NCBI GenBank assembly: GCA_039815185.1
Contig: JBCBZT010000024.1
Location: forward strand, 1 to 64,000
Direction of reading: 5' to 3'
DNA from: Cyanobacteria bacterium P01_A01_bin.123
GTDB taxonomy: Bacteria; Cyanobacteriota; Cyanobacteriia; Phormidesmidales; Phormidesmidaceae
DNA: 64,000 nucleotides
A program made the position numbers and the translations under genes. The number at the start of each line of letters is the position of its first letter. Position 1 is the stretch's first letter. Below, piece after piece: positions 1 through 9,673 of the stretch. The notes under the pieces were generated by a model. It was not told the origin of the DNA. It saw nothing but the letters and a program-made list of their open reading frames with translations, and did not search any database.

Positions 1-434
1 CTGGCACTGGCGAGGGTTTCACCATCCGGGCTGAAGGCCACACTCAAGACCCAATCGCTATGGCCTTGCAGGGTCTGCAATTCGATGCCATCTTTGCTCC
101 ACAGCTTCACTGTGTTGTCATCACTGGCACTGGCGAGGGTTTCACCATCCGGGTTGAAGGCCACACTCCTGACCCAATCGCTATGGCCTTGCAGGGTCTG
201 CAATTCGGTGCCGTCTTTGCTCCACAGCTTCACCGTGTTGTCCGCACTGGCACTGGCGAGGGTTTCACCATCCGGGTTGAAGGCCACACTCCTGACCCAA
301 TCGCTATGGCCTTGCAGGGTCTGCAATTCGGTGCCATCTTTGCTCCACAGCTTCACCGTGTTGTCATCACTGGCACTGGCGAGGGTTTCACCATCCGGGT
401 TGAAGGCCACACTCCTGACCCAATCGCTATGGCC
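1..434. repeat. Tandem 123-bp (41-codon) near-identical WD40-encoding repeats, about 3.5 copies visible
   Basis: CTGGCACTGGCGAGGGTTTCACCATCCGG recurs at 1, 124, 247 and 370. Confidence 0.97.
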
Positions 435-3400
435 AATCAACCGTTCTCGTTCTTTAAGACCAAACATCACCTCTCGAATTGATGAGATGGCTTGAAATCG
501 ATTGGCAGAGTCTAGATGTTGGGCACTTTTTCCTTGTAATGCCTGTGCCGTCTGCATTGCCTGAGTTACTGCATTTTCCTCCAAACCCGCTTCCAAGTAG
601 GCTTCCATAGCCAGACTGTCAGCCAAAAATTGGGCATTGATTTCCCCGATAAAGGCCTTTTGTTGCTGTATCCAGGCAAAAACCCCAAACCCAGTTGCGA
701 TTATGGTTAAAGTGCCCAACCCAATAGCCAGCTGACGAGTTCGTTGCAGTTGCTGACGCGCTGCCTTTTTGCGCATCTGCCGTTCTTGCATCAGTTGCGC
801 CATCAACGGCTGCTGCGACAAACGTATAAACGCAGCTAGGTAATCATGTACCAATTGATACCGATCGGCTGGTGCTTCTGGTACCTGCATCACCAGCCCC
901 GATGCAGTGAGGATTTGCAACACCAGCGTCAACGCATCGGCATCTAGCTCAGCATCATTTGTAAATGTACGCAAATCATTCATCAGTTCCGATGCCGTTT
1001 TTAACGGACGCATCCCTTTTTCATCCGTCAGCAAATACAGCACCATTTCAGCCAAGCGCTGATTGTCTGACGGGCCACATGCCGTCACTACATCTGCCAG
1101 ATATTGCTGCACCAGTGCCTCTTTCGTGCCGGTGCCTGCACTGCCCCGGTTTTGGTAAGCCACCACCGTAGCAAGTGCCTCTGCCTGCAGCTGAGCTCCG
1201 ACAATTTGCAGCTCAATCGGGCGCACTTCCCCAGCTCCAGCCGCCAAGTCAGCAACAACCTGGTCAATTAACGCCGCCTCAGGCTGATAGGGGGTTGGCC
1301 AGGTTAGATCCTTGATCACGACTTTAGCCTCATCGGGGCTAAAGTTGCCCAGGTAATAAAGCCACTTTTTATCCAGAATGTTATTGTCAACGATATCGAG
1401 GGATGTCAGGCGGCCACATTCTAACAGGTAATGAATGTAGTCCTCCCGCAGCGACAACACCACTTTGACAAAGGGCATCGTCAGACAGTCGCGCAAAAAG
1501 TCATAGAACCGCCGACGAGTTGCTGTCTGGTCGTACTCAAAAAAGAACTCCTCAAACTGGTCAAAAATCAACACCAGCACCCGATTGCGCTGGGTCTGCC
1601 GCCGTAAAAAATCGAAAACCCCCTCCTCTAAGTTTTCAGATTCTAGCCCCCCCACCCCCCAATCCTGGGGGGATCCGAAACCCCCAGAATGGTGGTGGTG
1701 GCCACGCCCAGCCTCTGTCCGACCTTCAAAGCCGTCTCCCCTATCCTGGGAAGATCTAAAGCCTCCAAGATTGGGGGTTTGGTGGCCAGCCCCAGCCTGC
1801 ATAACCCCCAACTCACTCGCCAAATCCCGCTGCCAATCCCTATATCGCCGCAGATGAATCAGCACCACCCGCCGATTATCAAACCGCTCCTGCTCCAGCG
1901 CTGGCACCAATCCCGCTTCAATCAACGAACTTTTGCCCACCCCAGACGGCCCGTAGATGATCGTCAGCGCATATTCATCCTGGGCCAATCGCCTCACCAG
2001 CGCCTTCACATCATGCTTTCGCCCTGACGCAACAATCAAATCTTTGGCCGTCTCGCCCCCCGGCAAAGCCGGATTTGCCACCTGCTGTTTGGGCTGGAGT
2101 CGTCCTGCACCCACGAAAGCCCGGTAATTAAACCGACTTTCAATCGCTTCTTTTTGACGTCGTGTTTCAAACGCCTTGAGATACTTGCCCTGCGTAAAAT
2201 ATCCTTGACGCAAATACTCCAGCACATTGCTATAGAGCATCGGGTCATACTCCGGCTGAGTCACTGTACAAACTTGCTCTAGGGTTTTGACAGCCGCTTC
2301 AATTTGCTGCTGACCCAATTGGGCTTTCCCTAATGAAAACAAATACCAACTGCGATGAAAGCTGTTGACCCAGCCATGGAATGCGGCATCATCTGGAGAG
2401 ACTTGATTTAGAGTAACTCCAGTCAGGGGTTGGATTAACGGCAGGGCTTTTTCAGCCGCAGGTTGGATCAGCGCTAGGGCGGCTTCGGCGTAGTGCTGGG
2501 CAGTTGACCAGTCAGATTTAGAGAGGGCAACTTCCGCCAAAAAGCCTTTGGCACGAGCGACTCGAAACAGATCCTGCTGCTGTTGGTATAGTGAGAGCGC
2601 TTTTTTAGCGACTGCTTCTAGCTCATCCCAACGCGCCAAGCGATGTAGGGCCAAAGCCCAATAGTTGATGTACTTGGCAGCTAAATCTTGTCGATGGGCC
2701 GCCTCGAAACTTTGGATTGCAGATTCACAATACTCACGCGCCTGGTCGCAGGCTGCTTCAAATTCTCGCTGATGACGGACAGAATAATTAGCCCACCACA
2801 ACCCCAAATATAGCTGGACATAGCCGATGTTCTCTTGCCAAGTGTTTGGGGATTCCTGACCGTTTTGACTGCATAGCGCTTGCCACTGGGCTAAGCTGGA
2901 TTCGTAGTGTTCACGGGCGATCGCCGTATTGTTGTCGGCGATGCGTCCCTGGACAAACGCCAGCGCCGCAGATTGAACCGGGGTGAGCGTCATCTGCTGA
3001 GCCGCTAAACCCGCCAGACTGGTTTCGAGTTCTTGGCAACGGGTAGATCCTGGGGTGAGTCCGAGTTCCTCATTACTGAGAAATCGATTTTCCCGAGACT
3101 GGGCCACCTGCTGCCACACATCCCGAATTAGCTCATCCAAAAAAGACAGAAAAAACTGAGACGGCGTCTCAAACGTGATCGAGTTAGCCCAAGAGTAAAA
3201 ATCCGGTGCTGTGCGAATCAGTTGTTTCAGTCCCTCATCCGTCAGCCACAGCACCAGCGGAAACGGAAACTGGCGAAACTCTTCACGAATTTGGTTAGTG
3301 GCAGCCAATACCTGATCTAAAGCCTGCACACCGCTCAGGCCATACACCATCAACGCATCTGGGGGTTGATTGCCAATGGCCTCACGAATTGTGGTGAACA

Positions 3401-3611
3401 ACGTCGGGGTTGACGCATCAAGCGTGATTTCGTCAAAGGTGACATCACACTGCTGCCGTAACTGCGCCACCAGCCCCTGCCGATGCTGGGTAGAATTGCA
3501 CACCGCCAAAATCAGCTCAAACTCCCCCTGAGAAAACCGCAAGAGGCGGCAAAGCTCAGCCAGGGCTGTTTGATTTTGATGATCGATACTGGCAGGTTGC
3601 CCCTCAGACAT
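1..3611 (-). CDS. NLR-like multidomain protein (degenerate P-loop-like N-terminus, TPR-like region, nSTAND1-type NTPase, hydrophobic helix, WD40 repeats); 3' end outside window
   Basis: Not in ORF track. Manual translation from ATG at 3611 gives MSEGQPASIDHQ...PDFYSWA; Walker A YGPSGVGKSSL (~1925-1956), Walker B LIFDQFEEFF (~1540-1570) and WD40 units GHSDWVRSVAFNPDGETLASASDDNTVKLW are all in one frame. Start overlaps the stop of the upstream ATPase. Frame was checked at several points, not codon by codon. Confidence 0.88.
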   Translation of the reverse strand, partial: MSEGQPASIDHQNQTALAELCRLLRFSQGEFELILAVCNSTQHRQGLVAQLRQQCDVTFDEITLDASTPTLFTTIREAIGNQPPDALMVYGLSGVQALDQVLAATNQIREEFRQFPFPLVLWLTDEGLKQLIRTAPDFYSWANSITFETPSQFFLSFLDELIRDVWQQVAQSRENRFLSNEELGLTPGSTRCQELETSLAGLAAQQMTLTPVQSAALAFVQGRIADNNTAIAREHYESSLAQWQALCSQNGQESPNTWQENIGYVQLYLGLWWANYSVRHQREFEAACDQAREYCESAIQSFEAAHRQDLAAKYINYWALALHRLARWDELEAVAKKALSLYQQQQDLFRVARAKGFLAEVALSKSDWSTAQHYAEAALALIQPAAEKALPLIQPLTGVTLNQVSPDDAAFHGWVNSFHRSWYLFSLGKAQLGQQQIEAAVKTLEQVCTVTQPEYDPMLYSNVLEYLRQGYFTQGKYLKAFETRRQKEAIESRFNYRAFVGAGRLQPKQQVANPALPGGETAKDLIVASGRKHDVKALVRRLAQDEYALTIIYGPSGVGKSSLIEAGLVPALEQERFDNRRVVLIHLRRYRDWQRDLASELGVMQAGAGHQTPNLGGFRSSQDRGDGFEGRTEAGRGHHHHSGGFGSPQDWGVGGLESENLEEGVFDFLRRQTQRNRVLVLIFDQFEEFFFEYDQTATRRRFYDFLRDCLTMPFVKVVLSLREDYIHYLLECGRLTSLDIVDNNILDKKWLYYLGNFSPDEAKVVIKDLTWPTPYQPEAALIDQVVADLAAGAGEVRPIELQIVGAQLQAEALATVVAYQNRGSAGTGTKEALVQQYLADVVTACGPSDNQRLAEMVLYLLTDEKGMRPLKTASELMNDLRTFTNDAELDADALTLVLQILTASGLVMQVPEAPADRYQLVHDYLAAFIRLSQQPLMAQLMQERQMRKKAARQQLQRTRQLAIGLGTLTIIATGFGVFAWIQQQKAFIGEINAQFLADSLAMEAYLEAGLEENAVTQAMQTAQALQGKSAQHLDSANRFQAISSIREVMFGLKERERLIGHSDWVRSVAFNPDGETLASASDDNTVKLWSKDGTELQTLQGHSDWVRSVAFNPDGETLASASADNTVKLWSKDGTELQTLQGHSDWVRSVAFNPDGETLASASDDNTVKLWSKDGIELQTLQGHSDWVLSVAFSPDGETLASA
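1645..1800. repeat. Degenerate C/G-run duplicated element (about 81-bp period) lying in frame within the STAND domain
   Basis: CCCCAATCCTGGGGGGATCCGAAACCCCCAGAAT...GGTGGCCACGCCCAGCCT (~1657) versus CCCCTATCCTGGGAAGATCTAAAGCCTCCAAGATT...GGTGGCCAGCCCCAGCCT (~1738). Confidence 0.6.
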
Positions 3612-4959
3612 TGGACTTAAGTTCCTCCGCACCAAGCAACACCGGATTTAGGTCAAACCAGGTTTGTCCCGCATCCCCATACTCAAACACAAACAGGCTG
3701 CGTAATAGGGCTTGATACTCGCCCTCACCGCGCACGGCTTTGGTTCGATGCACCTCCCGCAATAGCGCCCACTCCTCAATGTCGATAGCTTTCGCCAAAT
3801 CGCCCCGGCGCAAACTAAGCACCTGATCGAGCAGCGCCTGTGTAAAAGGGGGATCAGCCTTCTTCAAGCAGTAATTGACTAACACTAGCAAATTTCTCAC
3901 ATGACCACCGCTAGCCAGACACAGGCGATCCAGCGTTTCTAGTGAATCAAACACCTCACCCACTTGGGCCAGCCGCTGCTCCGCACTCAATGCCGGAAAG
4001 GCTCGGGCCAAAATCATCTGGCGCAGGGCATCGAGCCCCGCTGCACAGGGGCTCCCATCCCGGTTCTGGGTGCGCACCATTGGCAATACCTGGGGGCTGG
4101 CCCCAAAGCGATTGGTCAGGTTTTCTTTTTCATTAGAAAACGACAGCACCAGCGGAATGGTATACACCACATGGCAGCGCAGCTTTTTTAGCTGATCTCC
4201 TCGATCCACAAACAAATATTCTGGCTGGCGACGATCCTGCCCCCGCAGCTTGTTGTCGATCCGGTCCAGGTTATCGACAATCACCACCAACCCAGCCTGA
4301 CCTTGAGCCATTAGCTGCTGATTAGCCGTCTCGATTAGCTCAGTATTAATCACCTCCAGAATCGTGTTGATGCGGGGTTCCAAGTGTTGACGCAGGAGCG
4401 ATCGCACATCTTTGCTATCCTTCGCTTTTGCTGTAATCTCACCAATTCCAAAGGAGAGAGAATAGTCACTATCCGCTGCGCTCAGCCCAACCTCGCCCAC
4501 CTGGGGAACTTGCATCTTCAGTCCGGTAACCTCAGCATTGAGCAGTTCCGTTGCCCCCTTCAACATCTGCTGAAATCGATTGGGTACCAACCGGAGTTTG
4601 GCCGCTTCCAGACTTTTACTCACCTGCTTAGCGATCGCCAGCAAAATGTCACTGATATCCACATCCCCCATATCGAGATCATCGGTGGATTCGAAGTAGA
4701 CGACGTGATATCCCTCAGCTTCCAGATCTTGCCTCAGACGAGAAAGTTCAGTTGATTTGCCGCAGCCAATATGCCCTGTAAACAACTGGCAGGTGGGCTC
4801 CTCCCCAGAAAACGTAATGGTACGCTTCAGCTCGCGCACCAAATCACTCCCCCGCACCGTCGAAAAATCAATGTAATACTGCTCGTCCCCAGGAGACGTC
4901 AGATTCAACGTCTTGCTAGGATTACACGCCCGAAAAAACTGGCCTACGTTAAGCGACAT
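3604..4959 (-). CDS. P-loop AAA/STAND-type ATPase, partner of the downstream TPR/WD40 protein
   Basis: Walker A GHIGCGKST, Walker B LVVIVDNLDR, SGGHVRNL motif; 451 aa. Confidence 0.9.
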   Translation of the reverse strand: MSLNVGQFFRACNPSKTLNLTSPGDEQYYIDFSTVRGSDLVRELKRTITFSGEEPTCQLFTGHIGCGKSTELSRLRQDLEAEGYHVVYFESTDDLDMGDVDISDILLAIAKQVSKSLEAAKLRLVPNRFQQMLKGATELLNAEVTGLKMQVPQVGEVGLSAADSDYSLSFGIGEITAKAKDSKDVRSLLRQHLEPRINTILEVINTELIETANQQLMAQGQAGLVVIVDNLDRIDNKLRGQDRRQPEYLFVDRGDQLKKLRCHVVYTIPLVLSFSNEKENLTNRFGASPQVLPMVRTQNRDGSPCAAGLDALRQMILARAFPALSAEQRLAQVGEVFDSLETLDRLCLASGGHVRNLLVLVNYCLKKADPPFTQALLDQVLSLRRGDLAKAIDIEEWALLREVHRTKAVRGEGEYQALLRSLFVFEYGDAGQTWFDLNPVLLGAEELKSNV

Positions 4960-5189
4960 CTATGTTTCCCTGGAGCATCAATACCGACTATCCCCACCAA
5001 AATATGGCGCTTTTGCAGAAATCGGACTTGAATTACCTGGAAATTTAATGCGTTGAATGGGTATGAGCCAATTTCTATCCCCACCAGCATCATGAAATAC
5101 CTCAAAAAGAAGTCGAGCGGCACATGAGCAAGCAATAATCTTGAACAAATTCAGGATCGTCCGTCGTTTCCAGTCCTTGGACTTTATAG

Positions 5190-6455
5190 TTATAGCTGAG
5201 ATTGAGCTCTGGCTTTAAGCCGTTGATCAAGCACAACCAGAATGGCGATCGCAACCGTAATACTCATCGCTGCCCCCAGCCAAAACCCATCGGCCACAGC
5301 CCGAGACTGGTCAAGCGCCCAACCGCCAATGGGTGGCCCAATGAAATACCCCATGGCCCAACACATAGAGTTCATCGAAAAATATACGCCACGTAACTGC
5401 GCTGGGGCGAGGCTGACCACCAAGGCAGAGGCAATGGGCGTATAGGAAACAGTCGCGATCGCCATCACAGCCAACGCCAACCCGGCCCAAACAATCGGCA
5501 GTGCATCGGTGATCCCGGCTAACCACACGAGCAAAAATCCGATGCCCCAAAAACCCGCCGCTATCATCAGCGATCGCGCCATGGGCAAGCCTTTCAGCCG
5601 CCGGGCAACCGGCAACTGACACACCGCTGACAACACCACATGACCCGTAAATAAAATGCTCAAGGTTCCTTCCGCCAAGCCTTTGCCCGTCTGTGGATTG
5701 ACGGCCACAAACTGATTGAAATAAACCGGCAGCGTACTTTGCACCTGAGCGATGTAGCTGGTGAACAGCACATTCACCACCACGTAAATCAGCAGACTTT
5801 TGTCTCGTAAGGCCACCCCCCAACCCTCTAAAAATTGGGCACCACTGGGTTGATCGGGGCGGGTTTCGGCAATGAAGCGAAAAATAATCACAAAGAAAAC
5901 TAGAAACGTGACGCCATCAATCACAAACAGCAAGCGATAGAGGCCCGTGAGGGAAATCAACGCCCCACCCAAAACCACGCCGCAACCCAAGCCAATGGAA
6001 TCGGCTAACCGAACAACGGCAAAGGCCTCATTGCGGTCTTTGATTGGGGTAATGTCCGCGACGACGGCTTCAGTTGCAGGCCAGTAAAGGCCCACACCAA
6101 AATCCATCACCACATTGCCCAACACAAACAGGGGGAAATTGTCGGCCAGCACCAAGATGCCATCTGCCCCTGCCGAAACCGCTGCCGAAAGCAAAAGCGT
6201 CTTGCGTCTGCCCCCCTGTTGGGAATCGGCTAAGGAACCGCCCAAAAAGCGACCGACTAAGCCCGCGATCGCGCCAATGCCAATCCCTAAACCCACCTGA
6301 GTAGTCGATAACCCCACTCGATCGACAAAGAAAATAGGGGCATAAAACAGCACGAAGCCAATCCCTACCTGGGACAGCAATCGCCCTAAGGCAAGTAGCC
6401 ATACCCGCGAATCTAGGGTGGGTAGCCATTGTTGCAGGTTTCGCAAAAGCCCCAT
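5190..6455 (-). CDS. MFS transporter
   Basis: 421 aa, about 12 hydrophobic segments, MFS motif A-like GGSLADSQQGGRRK. Confidence 0.93.
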   Translation of the reverse strand: MGLLRNLQQWLPTLDSRVWLLALGRLLSQVGIGFVLFYAPIFFVDRVGLSTTQVGLGIGIGAIAGLVGRFLGGSLADSQQGGRRKTLLLSAAVSAGADGILVLADNFPLFVLGNVVMDFGVGLYWPATEAVVADITPIKDRNEAFAVVRLADSIGLGCGVVLGGALISLTGLYRLLFVIDGVTFLVFFVIIFRFIAETRPDQPSGAQFLEGWGVALRDKSLLIYVVVNVLFTSYIAQVQSTLPVYFNQFVAVNPQTGKGLAEGTLSILFTGHVVLSAVCQLPVARRLKGLPMARSLMIAAGFWGIGFLLVWLAGITDALPIVWAGLALAVMAIATVSYTPIASALVVSLAPAQLRGVYFSMNSMCWAMGYFIGPPIGGWALDQSRAVADGFWLGAAMSITVAIAILVVLDQRLKARAQSQL

Positions 6456-6740
6456 TAGCGTCTCCGTTGGTTCCTCTGACAGTGTAGGGCTTGTGTCCTG
6501 TCAGGCACGCCAGCACTGGGGTTGAGTTTGTTATAGCCAATGTTATGGCGATATCTCCGCGGTAACATGGCCCATTGTGGTGTCAAATCCTACAGGGTTC
6601 ACGGTTTAGTGTGATCGAATGCAACAGAATTTGGCTACAAAATGATAACAACCTTAAGTCAGCGCCATTTCTTTTCTATCTGGCGGATTATGCTGGGCAA
6701 GTGCATCCTCTATTCAAACCTGTCGCTCATGTGAGGCGTT

Positions 6741-7520
6741 ATGAATCGTCAGAGCTTATGTCCTGTCTTGATTGCTGCCACGGCTGTCCTGAGTATGGCT
6801 CCTTCTGCTCAGGCCGCTATCCTGTGGAGTGAGTCTAACCAGGGTGATTTATCTAGCGAGGGACTTAACCCAACCCAACTGGGTTCACTATCAGCTGGGA
6901 GTAACACTTTAACAGCTACTTTTAATGCCGGTGTCGTTAGTCCAGACTCGGATTACTTCACCTTTGAAATCCCTGAAGGCTTTGCCTTGACCGAGATTGT
7001 GCTGCAATCTTGGCGAGCTTCACCCGAATTTGAAGATGTGGCTTTCTTTGCGATTCAGGCAGGGGATCAGTTTGATTTTGTGGTGCCCGCTGATCGTAGC
7101 AATGCGGATGGACTCCTGGGTTGGACTCATTTGCGTAGCACCCAGGTTGGGACGAACAAGGTGCTTTTTGAAACATCTGTATCGGATAAACCACCCACTG
7201 AAACGGGCGTTGCCGATTTCTATGCGGAAGAAGGTAGCCTCTACTCACAAGATCTACTCGATCAATTTCCCGATTTACCCGACCGGCTACTCGCATTAGA
7301 AGACCAGTGGGTGCCCGGTGCGACAGGATTTGATCTACCGCTTGAGTCGGGGACTTATAGCTTCTGGCTACGCCAGGGATCTGATGTAGACATCACGACT
7401 GTCTTTGACTTTAAGACAGCCCCTGTATCAACCCCAGAGCCAATTAGCGCGATCGCAGTGGGCTTGGCCTTCGCTTTCAGCGGTTTGTTACTGAAACGAC
7501 CCTCTGGGGAGCTTCATTGA
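6741..7520 (+). CDS. PEP-CTERM sorting-domain exported protein
   Basis: Signal peptide ending AQAA; C-terminal TPEP, then hydrophobic helix, then KR. Confidence 0.85.
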   Translation: MNRQSLCPVLIAATAVLSMAPSAQAAILWSESNQGDLSSEGLNPTQLGSLSAGSNTLTATFNAGVVSPDSDYFTFEIPEGFALTEIVLQSWRASPEFEDVAFFAIQAGDQFDFVVPADRSNADGLLGWTHLRSTQVGTNKVLFETSVSDKPPTETGVADFYAEEGSLYSQDLLDQFPDLPDRLLALEDQWVPGATGFDLPLESGTYSFWLRQGSDVDITTVFDFKTAPVSTPEPISAIAVGLAFAFSGLLLKRPSGELH

Positions 7521-7549
7521 GCGATAGCCACATAGCCTATAAGTCACAT

Positions 7550-7593
7550 CGCTTAGTTATTGCACTGGCTGTTAGCAGTGCAATAACTAAGCG
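7550..7593. terminator. Long perfect hairpin between convergent genes
   Basis: CGCTTAGTTATTGCACTG-GCTGTTAG-CAGTGCAATAACTAAGCG (18-bp stem). Confidence 0.7.
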
Positions 7594-7641
7594 GTTGCTG
7601 TTGATTTCGAAGGAATCTGATTTTGAAGAAATCCAAACTGC

Positions 7642-8931
7642 TCAGGGAACCTGAACTTTTGGCGCAGAGTACCACTGAAAAGTTTCGCTGCGGGGGTTCT
7701 CATCCGGTGTGAGTAAACTTTCAGCGCCGTCAACCACAACCCGAACAAGATATTCTCCAGCACGAATGTTGTAGAGGGGAATGGTGAGGTGAGCAGTGGC
7801 TTCACTACGGTTTGGACCGTCAAAAAAGTAAACCGCTGGAGATTGAACCGTCCACTCGTTTAGGCCGACGTTCACGCGTTGGCCAGGGTCAACCGGTAAA
7901 TCGAGGGTGATTTGCAGGGTGGCATCGCGGGGATCGTCTTCGTCGCCGACAACATCAGTCAGTGCAAGCCGGGTGATTGTCGGTCGTAAGACGAAGGGAG
8001 TCCCGTTTGACGCCACAATGCTACGGATGGGGGCCAGCAGTTGCCCAGCATTGTTGGCAATGGGGGCAGTTTGAGAGTGCAAGACTTGTAGGGTTTGGAT
8101 GCCGGGATGGAGGGCGTGTTGGGGGACGGTTGTCAGAGGTAGCGTAATTTCACTATAGCTAACGGTGACTGGGGTGACTTCTACACCACCGATGCGAACC
8201 GTTGTGGCCGCATGGCTCAGTTGCTGACCCCGGATGCGCAGGGTACTGTTGGCCAAAATGGGAGCCAATTTGCCTGCCAAAGGTAAAATCTCGTTGATCA
8301 CGGGTTGGCTGGCAAAGGGCATGATGCGGCCAAAACTGCGATCGCGTACTGGTAGTGCCCGCTCGGCAGGTTCCATGCCATCAATCATGACCACCCTTAC
8401 CTTGTAACCCATCGACAACAGATAAGACGTTTGAAAAAAGGCCGACCAGATTTTAGAAATTTCCTCAAGCTCCAAATCCACAGGCAAAATCTGGAGCTGT
8501 TGCAGTTGTTCTGCCAAATCTGAGTTAGCTAAGAAACTAAAGGTGGAATCGGTTGCCGCATCTCGAATCATGTCAGTGCTGAGCAGGGTGCGATCGCTAA
8601 AGGTCTGCACGACACTCCCCATCAGCCGCTGGGGTTCTAGCTCAGTGTTGTTGCCGTAAAAGCTCAGCAGGTAGTTCAACTCCAAAGCCGTTTGTCGCCT
8701 GCTGCTGACTTTATTACGCGATCGCAGGGGCACCGCATCGTTATTTTGCAGGGCCGGATTGTGATTGACGTGATAGAGATACAGATTAACCCCGGTTTCC
8801 GGAGACCCCTCACCGATCTGATTTGGCATTAAGGTCGTCACCCGTGCCCCTTCTACATCTTGCTGGACGGCAACTTGTAAAAGTCTTTGCAGGGTAGCGG
8901 TGACGGTGGCAATGGCGAGGTGGTTGCTCAT
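7642..8931 (-). CDS. DUF4255/Pvc16 (Afp16-like) CIS cap/terminator protein with C-terminal IPT/TIG-like domains
   Basis: MSNHLAIATVTATLQRLL...VNLYLYHV...LNYLLSFYG...LEEISKIWSAFFQT.Y.LS..Y pattern; beta-rich C-terminal half. Confidence 0.85.
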   Translation of the reverse strand: MSNHLAIATVTATLQRLLQVAVQQDVEGARVTTLMPNQIGEGSPETGVNLYLYHVNHNPALQNNDAVPLRSRNKVSSRRQTALELNYLLSFYGNNTELEPQRLMGSVVQTFSDRTLLSTDMIRDAATDSTFSFLANSDLAEQLQQLQILPVDLELEEISKIWSAFFQTSYLLSMGYKVRVVMIDGMEPAERALPVRDRSFGRIMPFASQPVINEILPLAGKLAPILANSTLRIRGQQLSHAATTVRIGGVEVTPVTVSYSEITLPLTTVPQHALHPGIQTLQVLHSQTAPIANNAGQLLAPIRSIVASNGTPFVLRPTITRLALTDVVGDEDDPRDATLQITLDLPVDPGQRVNVGLNEWTVQSPAVYFFDGPNRSEATAHLTIPLYNIRAGEYLVRVVVDGAESLLTPDENPRSETFQWYSAPKVQVP

Positions 8932-8933
8932 GG

Positions 8934-9632
8934 CTATACCGAAACTAATCCCAGCTTTAGGGCTTTGACAATCGCTTGGGTGCGGCTGCGGACGCTGAGT
9001 TTTTCAAAGATGGCAGTGAGGTGGGCTTTGACCGTGGCAACGGTAACGTGCAGGTGTTGGGCGATCGCGTCGTTGGAGGCACCCTGAACCAGCCAGGTCA
9101 AGACCTCCCGCTCGCGGTCGGTGAGTTTCATCGATTCGCAGGCCTGTAGCGATCGCCCGCTGTAAAAATGAAACAGTCGAAAGAAACTGGTAGCCCGTTC
9201 TGCAGACAGATAAATTTGGCCTTTGAGCACGGTGTCAATCGCGTCGCATAGATGATCGGCCACGTGTTCTTTGCAGACATAGCCCTGGGCCCCTGCCTGC
9301 ATCGCGCGAAAAATCCAGTCGTCTTTCTGATACACAGACAGTACGATTACTTTGCCGCTAAACGCCTGAGTATTCAAGGTATTTAAGACAGCAATGCCGT
9401 CACTGTCACCCAAATCGAGATCCAACAAGATCAAACTAGGATGCTGTTCTTGAGTCAGGTGAATCGCTTGTTGGGCAGAGGCTGCTTCGCCCACCACGGT
9501 AAAGTGACCGTTGCCACTATTGCTGAAAAAATCTAGCAGGGTGCGAATTCCCTGACGAAAGGGTTGGGAGTCATCGACGAGCAGCACAGAAATGGGGGAC
9601 GGAAGCACCATGGCAGAGGCTGAATTCAACAC
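8934..9632 (-). CDS. NarL/LuxR-family response regulator
   Basis: Receiver domain (LLVDD...LLDLDL...K) plus LuxR HTH LTDREREVL...TVKAHLTAIFEKL. Confidence 0.95.
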   Translation of the reverse strand: MLNSASAMVLPSPISVLLVDDSQPFRQGIRTLLDFFSNSGNGHFTVVGEAASAQQAIHLTQEQHPSLILLDLDLGDSDGIAVLNTLNTQAFSGKVIVLSVYQKDDWIFRAMQAGAQGYVCKEHVADHLCDAIDTVLKGQIYLSAERATSFFRLFHFYSGRSLQACESMKLTDREREVLTWLVQGASNDAIAQHLHVTVATVKAHLTAIFEKLSVRSRTQAIVKALKLGLVSV

Positions 9633-9673
9633 GCGTAATCGACACTAAGAAGGTTCATGCTTAAATCCGCCCA

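Noticed and set aside
1..434. Possible CRISPR array or DGR template
   Set aside because: Contiguous coding repeats with no unique spacers; no cas or reverse transcriptase gene in the window.
60..495. Plus-strand repetitive ORFs (140 and 136 aa)
   Set aside because: Antisense shadows of the minus-strand WD40 repeats.
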